Below are positions 9,607 through 17,173 of a DNA stretch of 20,000 nucleotides, in pieces (the stretch's first letter is position 1; each line of letters begins with the position of its first letter). A program made the position numbers and the translations under genes. Under the pieces are notes generated by a model. It was not told where the DNA came from, did no database searches, and was given only the letters and a program-made list of their open reading frames with translations. The DNA is from an uncultured virus (IMG/VR IMGVR_UViG_3300046328_001173) (Duplodnaviria; Heunggongvirae; Uroviricota; Caudoviricetes), in IMG/VR virus record IMGVR_UViG_3300046328_001173. One strand, given 5' to 3'.

Positions 9607-10694
9607 ATGTTATTAGAACTTAAAATTACAAATTTCAAATCTATTAAAGAACAACAGACACTATCAATGCTTACTTCTAGTAGAGTTAAAACAAGATACA
9701 ATGAAGCTGTTGTTGTAAATGATGTAGAAATATTAAAAACCTCTGTTATTCTTGGTAAGAATAATGGAGGAAAAAGTAATATTCTTGATGCTTTTAAAGT
9801 GTTGAAAGATATCGTTAAAGGAGAACTTTATGAAAAAAATTCAAGTTTTCAATTTGATATTCAAACAATTAATGAACCTTCGATACTTGAATTAGATTTT
9901 GTTTATGCTGATAATAGATACATATATTATGTTGAATTTAAGGATAAACTTATTCTAAAAGAATTTGTGTTTTTAAATAATATGCGTAAATCTTTACTTA
10001 TTACAAGAGACGGCTCTATTATTAAATATAGTAATAATTATAAAAGCACTAGATTAAAAAAAGTATTTGACCATCAATCCATTATAACAGAAGATTCAGA
10101 GGTATATAAGTTTATTATTGATAAAGTATGTATTTATAATAATGAAAAATGCTTATCTTCTTTTAGAGAGTTATATAAAAAACATATTAATAAACTTTCT
10201 TACATTATTAGAGCTTTTGATACAGGTATTTTAGAAATGGAGTTGGATTCTGATAATAAAATATTGTGTATCGTCAGAAATTTTAATAAAGAAGAAGAAC
10301 TTAAAACAATAAGAGTAAGTTTAGATTTTCAATCTTATAAATCAAAAAAATTAATCCGATTTTTAGCTTTTTAATAAAAATTCTTGAAAAGGGTAAAATA
10401 TTTATTGTAGATGATTTTGGAGAAAGTTTTCATTCTTTATGCAATCACGCTATTGTAGAAAGGTTTTATGAAAAAGAGTTTAATGTAAATAATTCTCAAT
10501 TCGTCTTTTCTACTCAAGATATCGCATTAATAGAAAACTATTTGTTTGACAAAGACCAAATTACTTTGATTGATAAATATTATTTTGGAAAAACTGAAAT
10601 TAGCACTGTTTCGGATTTTAAAAGCATAAAAAATGACGTAAATATATGTTCTTGGTATTTAGCTGGAAAATTAGGTGGTTTTCTTTGTAAGTAA
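9607..10694 (+). pseudogene. AAA_21 / RloA-AbiEii-like ABC-type ATPase, frameshifted at the T5 run 10368-10372
   Basis: N-terminus MLLELKITNFKSIKEQQTLSM and Walker A GKNNGGKSN. In the shifted frame: Walker B region IFIVDDFGESFH, QFVFSTQD, DKDQITLIDK and terminal YLAGKLGG, to TAA 10692-10694. Confidence 0.85.
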
Positions 10695-10821
10695 TATTAA
10701 TTAAAATAATTCTTAATTTAAAAGTTAAAATCTTATGAAAATACTTGTAGTACTTGACCTTTTCATTAATTAATTATAATTAAAAAAATTTCTGTTCAAA
10801 AATTGTAAATAAAAACTTTTT

Positions 10822-11385
10822 ATGTATTATAATATAAGCCATTTAAAATCAGTTACAAGTGTAAGTTATATTAAAATAGAAGATCTAATTAAAGATGAAT
10901 TTAAATTAGATTCTTATTTAGTAATTGACATTTTATTAGTAAAAACATCTTATCAAGAATATGAAGGTAAATCTATTTTTACTATTGATAATAGAAAAAT
11001 CACTGGATATGAGAACATTATTGTTCAAGGTTTGTTAAAAAATAATAAAAAATTAGCTATTCTTCAAGATTATGGAGATGATTGGAGAGAGTTAGAAAAT
11101 TTGTCATATATAAGACAGTATTTTGGTTTTGAAGAAGATGATGATACAGAATTGCAATATTCAATAGCCATCTCAGAAGATAATAAATTATATATGGTTT
11201 GTGCAAATATAGAAGAAACTACTTGCCATTTATTTGAATTATTAAATTTACCAGAAGATTCTTTTAATAAATTATACAACTATGAAAATCTAGGAGGAGT
11301 AAAAAGGCCTTACTGTATTAAAAATTTTAAACTCAATATCTTATTATTAGGTGAAATCGATTTAAACTTTTTAAAAATTACTTAA
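10822..11385 (+). CDS. Hypothetical acidic protein, 187 aa
   Basis: Long intact ORF. Confidence 0.8.
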   Translation: MYYNISHLKSVTSVSYIKIEDLIKDEFKLDSYLVIDILLVKTSYQEYEGKSIFTIDNRKITGYENIIVQGLLKNNKKLAILQDYGDDWRELENLSYIRQYFGFEEDDDTELQYSIAISEDNKLYMVCANIEETTCHLFELLNLPEDSFNKLYNYENLGGVKRPYCIKNFKLNILLLGEIDLNFLKIT

Positions 11386-11386
11386 T

Positions 11387-11716
11387 ATGACAATATTTAA
11401 TGCTTTTGTAGAAGTTATATTAAATTCTTCTTACCATATTCACGAATGGGATTCTATTAATGATGAAATAGATGAAGAATGTGAGTTATTTTATCAATAT
11501 AAAGGAGACATCACTACAAAATGGAACAAAAATTTAGAATATTTTGTATAGGAACTTCACTATAAAAATAAAATAGTTGCATTTATAAAAAAAGAATATT
11601 ATGATCACAATGAATTTTATGATTATATATTCACAGATTATGGTTATGAATACTTATTTAAAAAATTTACAGATTTAGCTAAAAGAAACTTTAAAAATCG
11701 AAACTGTTATGAATAA
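11387..11716 (+). CDS. Hypothetical protein (~109 aa) missed by the track, with an in-frame TAG at 11549-11551
   Basis: ATG 1 nt after the previous stop. MTIFNAFVEV...LEYFV*ELHYKNKIVAF...RNCYE ends TAA overlapping the next ATG (11709), filling the gap exactly. Confidence 0.8.
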
Positions 11717-12029
11717 TAAAAATTTAGAGTTATTAGAAAATGTTTGGCTTTACAATTCTCTTTCTTATAGTTTTATGCAAATATCTTGTTGTCAATGGGA
11801 TGAAGAAGAGGAAGATGAAGAAGATATTAATAAATTTAGCTATAACATAGAGAAAAGAATTATTACAGAATTTTCCAGATTAGATAAAATCTCTATTTAT
11901 TATAATGAAGCTTATCATAAAGATTTCATTTATGATTGGAAGATTGTAAAAGATAAAAAAATAATTGAATCTTTAAATAATGTACATACAGAATTAGAAA
12001 ATATTTTTAATACCACTAAACTTTTATAA
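11709..12029 (+). CDS. Hypothetical protein, 106 aa, with an acidic tract
   Basis: Intact ORF; WDEEEEDEED. Confidence 0.8.
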   Translation: MNNKNLELLENVWLYNSLSYSFMQISCCQWDEEEEDEEDINKFSYNIEKRIITEFSRLDKISIYYNEAYHKDFIYDWKIVKDKKIIESLNNVHTELENIFNTTKLL

Positions 12030-12031
12030 TT

Positions 12032-12718
12032 ATGCAAAAAATACCTCAAATCTTATTAGATTACTTTAATAAGTTTCATAATAAAGAGTTAAATGAGACT
12101 ATTACGAATTTTAAAGTTAATTATGAAAACCTAGAATATGATTTTGAAATTTGGATTGATAGTTTTGATATAGATAAACCTAAAAACAATTTTACAAATG
12201 TTTCTATATTAAACCTTATTTCTTTTATGTATGATAAGCTAAATCCTGTATATAATTTTTATGATTTCTTTTCAGGAAAATTACGTATTTCAGATTTCTA
12301 CTCTGAAGAATATACTTATGAAAAAGAAGATAAACTTATCAAATCCTATAGTCAAGCTATTTTAGATTTTTCTGGTTATAAAAAAGATAATTTTGATTTT
12401 ATTGAAAATACTACAATAGATGTAGATCAATATGGAAATGTTGATATTATTTGTGTTGATAGAAAATCTATTAGACAAAAATTAGAATATTATGTTTATA
12501 AATTCTTACCAAAAGAATATTTCAGTTGTTTTGAAGAACTGCCTAAAACTTACAGTGAAGCTACAGAAAAATTAAATCTTTTAGAACAATTAAAAACTAT
12601 TGATTTTTCTAGTCTTAAAGAAGAACAACAAAAAGAACTAAAACTTGTATTGTATTATCAGAAGTTAAAATTAGAATGGTATCATAAAACAGTAATGATT
12701 AATCACTTAAACGAATAA
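12032..12718 (+). CDS. Hypothetical protein, 228 aa
   Basis: Long intact ORF. Confidence 0.85.
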   Translation: MQKIPQILLDYFNKFHNKELNETITNFKVNYENLEYDFEIWIDSFDIDKPKNNFTNVSILNLISFMYDKLNPVYNFYDFFSGKLRISDFYSEEYTYEKEDKLIKSYSQAILDFSGYKKDNFDFIENTTIDVDQYGNVDIICVDRKSIRQKLEYYVYKFLPKEYFSCFEELPKTYSEATEKLNLLEQLKTIDFSSLKEEQQKELKLVLYYQKLKLEWYHKTVMINHLNE

Positions 12719-12725
12719 ATAAATT

Positions 12726-13100
12726 ATGAAACAATTTAAATGGGAATTGAAAATTGCACTCGCAACAGGTCCAGATAATACTTACCATATTAAATACTTC
12801 GACAATATTTTTGATTGTATTGATTATATGGAAGAAATATTAAATGGAAATATAGAAGATGATTGGGATTGTCATATTGAATCTTATCAGGAACACCAAC
12901 ATTTAAAAACATTAACTGATGAACAAATTAAACAAGCAATAAAACCTAGAACAGAAAATTCTTATTATTCTTCTTTTGAAAATTTTAAAGAACTTATTAA
13001 AAGAAATGAAAAAAAATACAATAAAAAAGAATTTCTAAATCAAATGATTTCAGATTTTGTAACAAAAGTTTCTTCTTATGACAATACTAGAAAAAGTTAA
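12726..13100 (+). CDS. Hypothetical protein, module gene A copy 2
   Basis: Paralog of 1964..2278; overlaps the next gene. Confidence 0.85.
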   Translation: MKQFKWELKIALATGPDNTYHIKYFDNIFDCIDYMEEILNGNIEDDWDCHIESYQEHQHLKTLTDEQIKQAIKPRTENSYYSSFENFKELIKRNEKKYNKKEFLNQMISDFVTKVSSYDNTRKS

Positions 13101-13464
13101 AGATACTTTAAGTAAAGGAAAGTATCCAATAATACATTTAGAAAAAGATAATTTTAAATGTCAAATGTGTATGCAAATAGATAACAATTATTTACAACAA
13201 TGCAGACATTTTATTATTGTTACAGATCTCTATGATGGTGGATTTATTGGTAGAATAATAACTAGTTCTCCTAATTACGGAAATATTAAAATAGTTAAAG
13301 AACAGTATCATATTGATACAAATATTAAAAATTTAGGTATGTTTTTTAAACCTTTAAAGTATCATTCTAACCTTATTCATCAATATTTTTTTACTTCTGA
13401 TTGTATGGAAGAAGGTTCTTATAGAGGATATTTTGATTATGTTTTAAACAGTCAATTAACTTAA
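13078..13464 (+). CDS. Putative Zn-binding protein, module gene B copy 2
   Basis: GKYPIIH...CQMC...QCRH...SYRGYFDY; paralog of 2275..2652. Confidence 0.85.
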   Translation: MTILEKVKDTLSKGKYPIIHLEKDNFKCQMCMQIDNNYLQQCRHFIIVTDLYDGGFIGRIITSSPNYGNIKIVKEQYHIDTNIKNLGMFFKPLKYHSNLIHQYFFTSDCMEEGSYRGYFDYVLNSQLT

Positions 13465-13485
13465 ATCTAAACTAAATTAAAACTT

Positions 13486-14088
13486 ATGTCAATAGAAGAA
13501 AAATTCTACAAAATATGTTGTCTTCTTAATCATTTAAGGAATAATAGAACTAAATTGCACCCTTATGATATGAATTACACTTATATTTTATTTGATATTG
13601 TAGAAGATTCAACACCTTTTAAGATAATTCATAATGTAATTGAAACAGAATTAATTTCAGTTGAATTATTCAATTTATTGTTTATTTCTGATTGATTTGC
13701 TTGGTTATTCCCAGAAGAAAAAAGATTTGAACCTATTGAAATATCTTTAAAATGAAAAGACGGTAATTTTATTATTGAAACTCTTGAAGATTATAAAAAA
13801 TTTCAATATTTAAGTTATTATAAAGAATGTACAGCAATTGATAGATTGTGTGATGAGTTGTTTAATAATTCAAATGAAATTTCTTCAATTAAATTTTTTA
13901 CAAAAGAAAAAGTATTAAAGTTACAAATCTATGAAAATAGAAAAAATAGGCTTCCTTATACTTGTTGTTCTCACAATGGTTGTAATAGAGATGAAAATTA
14001 CGAAAGTAAGTTGCTGCTTACTATAAATGAAATGATTTGTTCTTGTGGTAAATATATTCAAATAGAAATAAATAATTTTTATACTTAA
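13486..14088 (+). CDS. Hypothetical protein (~200 aa) with a Cys-rich C-terminus and two in-frame TGAs (13693-13695, 13753-13755)
   Basis: Track ORFs 13486..13695 and 13846..14088 share a frame: FISD*FAWLFPEEKRFEPIEISLK*KDGNFIIETLEDY... The C-terminus CCSHNGC...CSCGK suggests a Zn ribbon. Confidence 0.75.
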
Positions 14089-14174
14089 ATAGTTGAAATA
14101 TTTTTTCTTTTATTAAATTTCACTTTTTTAAAACTTTATTTTAGATTTATAATCTAATTTAATCAAAAAAAAAT

Positions 14175-14405
14175 ATATTTAAAGATGTGTGGAACGTAAA
14201 TAGGAATTTGAACAAAACATTTACTCATATTGAACATACTCTTGATGCAGACAATGAAATCGATGAGAAGATTACTAATGGAATTACTACAATTGGAGTA
14301 AAATACAAAGGTGTTTGGTACACATCTAAACTAAAAGTAAAATACAAAATAGCTGACATTAAAAAATAGGTGGAAACTAAAAATACTAAAAAAATTGAAT
14401 CTTAA
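14175..14405 (+). CDS. Hypothetical protein (~76 aa) with a probable ATA start and an in-frame TAG at 14367-14369
   Basis: aaaaat-ATA-TTT-AAA-GAT-GTG-TGG; ...ADIKK*VETKNTKKIES to TAA 14403-14405. Confidence 0.6.
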
Positions 14406-14523
14406 TTTGTAAAACAGAAATAATTATTAGCTTATTTTTAATTGAACAGGTTTTTTTTATGATTAAATTTCAATTAAGCTTTATTTAAACTCAAAACTAT
14501 AAATACTTCATTAATACGTATAA

Positions 14524-14811
14524 AAGAAATATCTAGAAATACATAATTTTACGCTATTTTGTATATTTAACAATAGTGAGCATTGCTATTTTGATTTCAA
14601 GGAAATTTTCAAAAAATGAAATATTCAAAATCAGGATATAGAATATGCAGTATTAGAAGTAAGTGAATTTCAAAAAGTTAAGTTAGTTAATAGAACGCTT
14701 ATGTGAGATAGTTTAAGCGTCTTTTTATTGAATGAAAAAGCAAAGGAAGTAGCTGCTCCTTGTCAAATAGCTCTATTAGTTTTATATCAAAATAGTAAAA
14801 CAATTAACTAA
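14524..14811 (+). pseudogene. Unannotated frame (~95 codons) with two in-frame TGAs (14617-14619, 14704-14706) and no clear start
   Basis: KKYLEIHNFTLFCIFNNSEHCYFDFKEIFKK*NIQNQDIEYAVLEVSEFQKVKLVNRTLM*DSLSVFLLNEKAKEVAAPCQIALLVLYQNSKTIN, TAA 14809-14811. Confidence 0.55.
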
Positions 14812-14843
14812 ATTGACTTTGAAGGGATCAATTTTAATACAAT

Positions 14844-14872
14844 AAAAAAACCTATACATTAAGTCGTATAGG
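14844..14872 (-). terminator. Intrinsic terminator for the minus-strand gene pair
   Basis: Stem CCTATAC / GTATAGG preceded by A7 (T7 tail on the minus strand), 9 nt past the stop at 14882. Confidence 0.75.
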
Positions 14873-14881
14873 CCTTGAAAT

Positions 14882-15430
14882 TTAAAAACTATTTCCTATA
14901 TTAACAGAATTAAAATAAATCCATCTAGCTGTATCTATTCTATGTCCATCAATTAATTTTTGTTTTACAGTATCTAAATCTAGATTTGGACCAATCTTTA
15001 ATACTTTTAAGTTCTTAACAGAATCTACAAATTTATTCTCTTTTAACAATCTTAATTTATTTTCAAATAAATTTGCTTGTTCAAGAGCTTGTATTTGATT
15101 AATTAATTGATTAGTAAAAGCAAACTGTATTCTTCTTTCACTTATTACTCTAGCTGCAAAATCTTGAAAAAATCCAGTAGCTTGTGCAAAATTGTATATT
15201 CCTAAAAATCCTAATAAAATACCTACACTCCAATTAGTAACTTTAAGCCTTTTTTCTTTTGCAAGTTTCTCTCTTTCAAAGATTTCTATTCTAGCTTGTT
15301 GATTTTTTAAAAAATCTGATAATTCAGCAATTAGTTTAGATTGAGTAAAAAACATTGTTTCTAATTTGTCTCTTAATTCTTTTGACTCGTCAAAATAAGC
15401 TTTTAAATCATCAATCTCGTTGTTGTTCAT
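14882..15430 (-). CDS. Coiled-coil single-pass membrane protein, 182 aa
   Basis: Charged helical N-terminus, hydrophobic WSVGILLGFLGIYNFAQATGFF segment, own terminator. Confidence 0.8.
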   Translation of the reverse strand: MNNNEIDDLKAYFDESKELRDKLETMFFTQSKLIAELSDFLKNQQARIEIFEREKLAKEKRLKVTNWSVGILLGFLGIYNFAQATGFFQDFAARVISERRIQFAFTNQLINQIQALEQANLFENKLRLLKENKFVDSVKNLKVLKIGPNLDLDTVKQKLIDGHRIDTARWIYFNSVNIGNSF

Positions 15431-15593
15431 AAATACTGTCGTTTAATATGTAATAATTGTTGCCAAAAATGTTTTTTCTTAATCTTTCTTCTAATGCTTT
15501 TCTTTTTAAGTTTTCTTTATTATTCATAATAGAGCAAGAACTTAAATAAATAGTAAAAAACAGAAAGATTATTAAACTAGAAAAATATTTCAT
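15411..15593 (-). CDS. Small putative lipoprotein, 60 aa
   Basis: MKYFSSLIIFLFFTIYLSSC: basic N-terminus, hydrophobic core, lipobox LSSC; overlaps the downstream start. Confidence 0.7.
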   Translation of the reverse strand: MKYFSSLIIFLFFTIYLSSCSIMNNKENLKRKALEERLRKNIFGNNYYILNDSIYEQQRD

Positions 15594-15713
15594 TTGAATA
15601 ATTAATGTGAGTTAAATTAAAAAATAGTTCATAAAACTACAAAAATTTAACCAAGATTGAAAAATATAATAATTTATTACTAACAAACTTCTTACAAATG
15701 ACCTCAAATTAAA

Positions 15714-15857
15714 ATGAAACTTTCAAACTTCTTTTTTTATTGCTGTTTTATAATAGCTTTAACAATTATTGTTTATTTAATTTTTATTACACATCACCCT
15801 ATTTACATAATTTCTGGTATAATTCTTTTTATATTGGAAGTATTTTCTTCAAATTAG
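15714..15857 (+). CDS. Small two-TM protein (47 aa) missed by the track
   Basis: MKLSNFFFYCCFIIALTIIVYLIFITHHPIYIISGIILFILEVFSSN; ends TAG, followed by two codons and TAA 15864-15866. Confidence 0.6.
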   Translation: MKLSNFFFYCCFIIALTIIVYLIFITHHPIYIISGIILFILEVFSSN

Positions 15858-15883
15858 TGTCAATAATTAAATCAAACTACTTT

Positions 15884-16135
15884 ATGAAAACAAATATCTC
15901 TACAAATATAATAGTTCTTTCAACAGATTCTTTTGGTTTTGAAGTTATTGGTAAAGTAATTTCAGAAAAGAAATTGTTGTATAAATTAAATTCTGGTGTT
16001 CAAGTAATTTTTAAGAATTTAGAAGAAATAAAAAGGTCTTTAAAAGAAGATTTTGATGGTTCTAGACTTACTATTATTAAACGTAGAATTAGAGTTCCAT
16101 TAATCAGTAAATTTGACTCAAATTTTCAACTTTAA
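15884..16135 (+). CDS. Hypothetical protein, 83 aa
   Basis: Likely start ATG 15884 (MKTNISTN...) within track ORF 15740..16135. Confidence 0.7.
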   Translation: MKTNISTNIIVLSTDSFGFEVIGKVISEKKLLYKLNSGVQVIFKNLEEIKRSLKEDFDGSRLTIIKRRIRVPLISKFDSNFQL

Positions 16136-16139
16136 ATTT

Positions 16140-16403
16140 ATGGAAGTACTTGTGATTGTTGCTTTATCTATATTGTTATTTTGTTTTATATTATTATATT
16201 TAACAGAAAAAAGAAAACAATCTGATAAAATTGTATTACCAAAAGAGTTAGTAAAAGAAATTATTACTTACAATATAGAACAACTAAAACCTGTTGAATT
16301 ACAATTAATTGTCGGTCAATTAGTTCTTATTAAATCTTTTAGTAAACCAAATTTAAACACAAATAAAAATGGAACAAGTAGGAAAAGAAGTAATTCAAAG
16401 TAA
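16140..16403 (+). CDS. N-terminally anchored membrane protein
   Basis: ATG 16140, MEVLVIVALSILLFCFILLYLTEKRK. Confidence 0.7.
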   Translation: MEVLVIVALSILLFCFILLYLTEKRKQSDKIVLPKELVKEIITYNIEQLKPVELQLIVGQLVLIKSFSKPNLNTNKNGTSRKRSNSK

Positions 16404-16617
16404 AAGAGATGGTAGAATTTTAGAGGCAGCCTTTGCAAATCGTCAAAAAGCTTCAAAATTAAACTTAAGAGTATTTGAAGATACTTTTGGAGCTGGATTT
16501 TTCTTTCGTATTGTTAGTATTAGTTATTATGGTAATTTGATTAAAATCAATGAAAATTGTTCTGGCGTTAAAGGAGAATTTAATTCTTTAACCAAACAAG
16601 GATTTATTGTAATTTAA
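16369..16617 (+). CDS. Hypothetical protein, 82 aa
   Basis: Intact ATG..TAA ORF. Confidence 0.75.
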   Translation: MEQVGKEVIQSKRDGRILEAAFANRQKASKLNLRVFEDTFGAGFFFRIVSISYYGNLIKINENCSGVKGEFNSLTKQGFIVI

Positions 16618-16689
16618 ATTAAATTCTCTTTACTTTGTTACTAATTCAGTTTAATTTACTTTAATTTAATTCAGTTTAATTAATTTTCT

Positions 16690-17097
16690 ATGAAAACATT
16701 TGTAATTGGTATTATTATATTCTTTCTATTATCTAGTGAAGGATATAGTCAAAAGAATAAAAAAAGAGAAGAAGAAGAATTTATAGTATTTAAAATAAAT
16801 TCTAATGTTCCTTTTATTAATGATACACTTAAAAGAAGTGACATTAATGATTACTTATTTCTTACTTTAGTAAAAGGAGGAAATGCAATTGTACACACTA
16901 TCAACGATTCTTATTATTTTTACAGTGAAAAAGGGAGAGATTGGAAGCCTTACGCAAAACATAAACAATACGATAAAAATAAAACACTTTTTTATGTTGA
17001 GTATTTCGTTGATCCTGATTATATATATGAAGTAAAAATTACTCGTTGGGGAATCATATATAGAACTCGTTGTGGTATGATTTACAAAAGAAAGTAA
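16690..17097 (+). CDS. Putative secreted/periplasmic protein, 135 aa
   Basis: Signal peptide MKTFVIGIIIFFLLSSEGYS followed by Q, as is typical of Bacteroidota SPI substrates. Confidence 0.75.
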   Translation: MKTFVIGIIIFFLLSSEGYSQKNKKREEEEFIVFKINSNVPFINDTLKRSDINDYLFLTLVKGGNAIVHTINDSYYFYSEKGRDWKPYAKHKQYDKNKTLFYVEYFVDPDYIYEVKITRWGIIYRTRCGMIYKRK

Positions 17098-17122
17098 ATT
17101 TTTTATAATAATTTTATTTATA

Positions 17123-17154
17123 TTTGTTCGAATCAAATTTAGTTAGTACATTTG
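17123..17154 (+). promoter_or_regulatory. Bacteroidota primary-sigma promoter for the HNH gene
   Basis: TTTG (17123-17126), 20-nt spacer, TACATTTG (17147-17154) matches the -33/-7 consensus TTTG-N19-21-TAnnTTTG; 19 nt upstream of the ATG. Confidence 0.65.
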
Positions 17155-17173
17155 TTCAAATATAAATAAAATT

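Noticed and set aside
10754..10780. Sigma70-like TTGACC...TATAAT promoter
   Set aside because: The spacer is only 15 nt, and such hexamers are common by chance at this AT content.
11070..11279. Minus-strand 69-aa ORF
   Set aside because: Entirely inside the 187-aa + strand gene; Ser-rich antisense artefact.
15740..15883. N-terminal extension of track ORF 15740..16135
   Set aside because: Better explained by the overlapping 47-aa membrane ORF 15714..15857 and an ATG start at 15884.
17100..17170. tRNA gene suggested by GTTCGAATC
   Set aside because: No acceptor, D or anticodon stems can be formed; only the T-loop-like motif is present.
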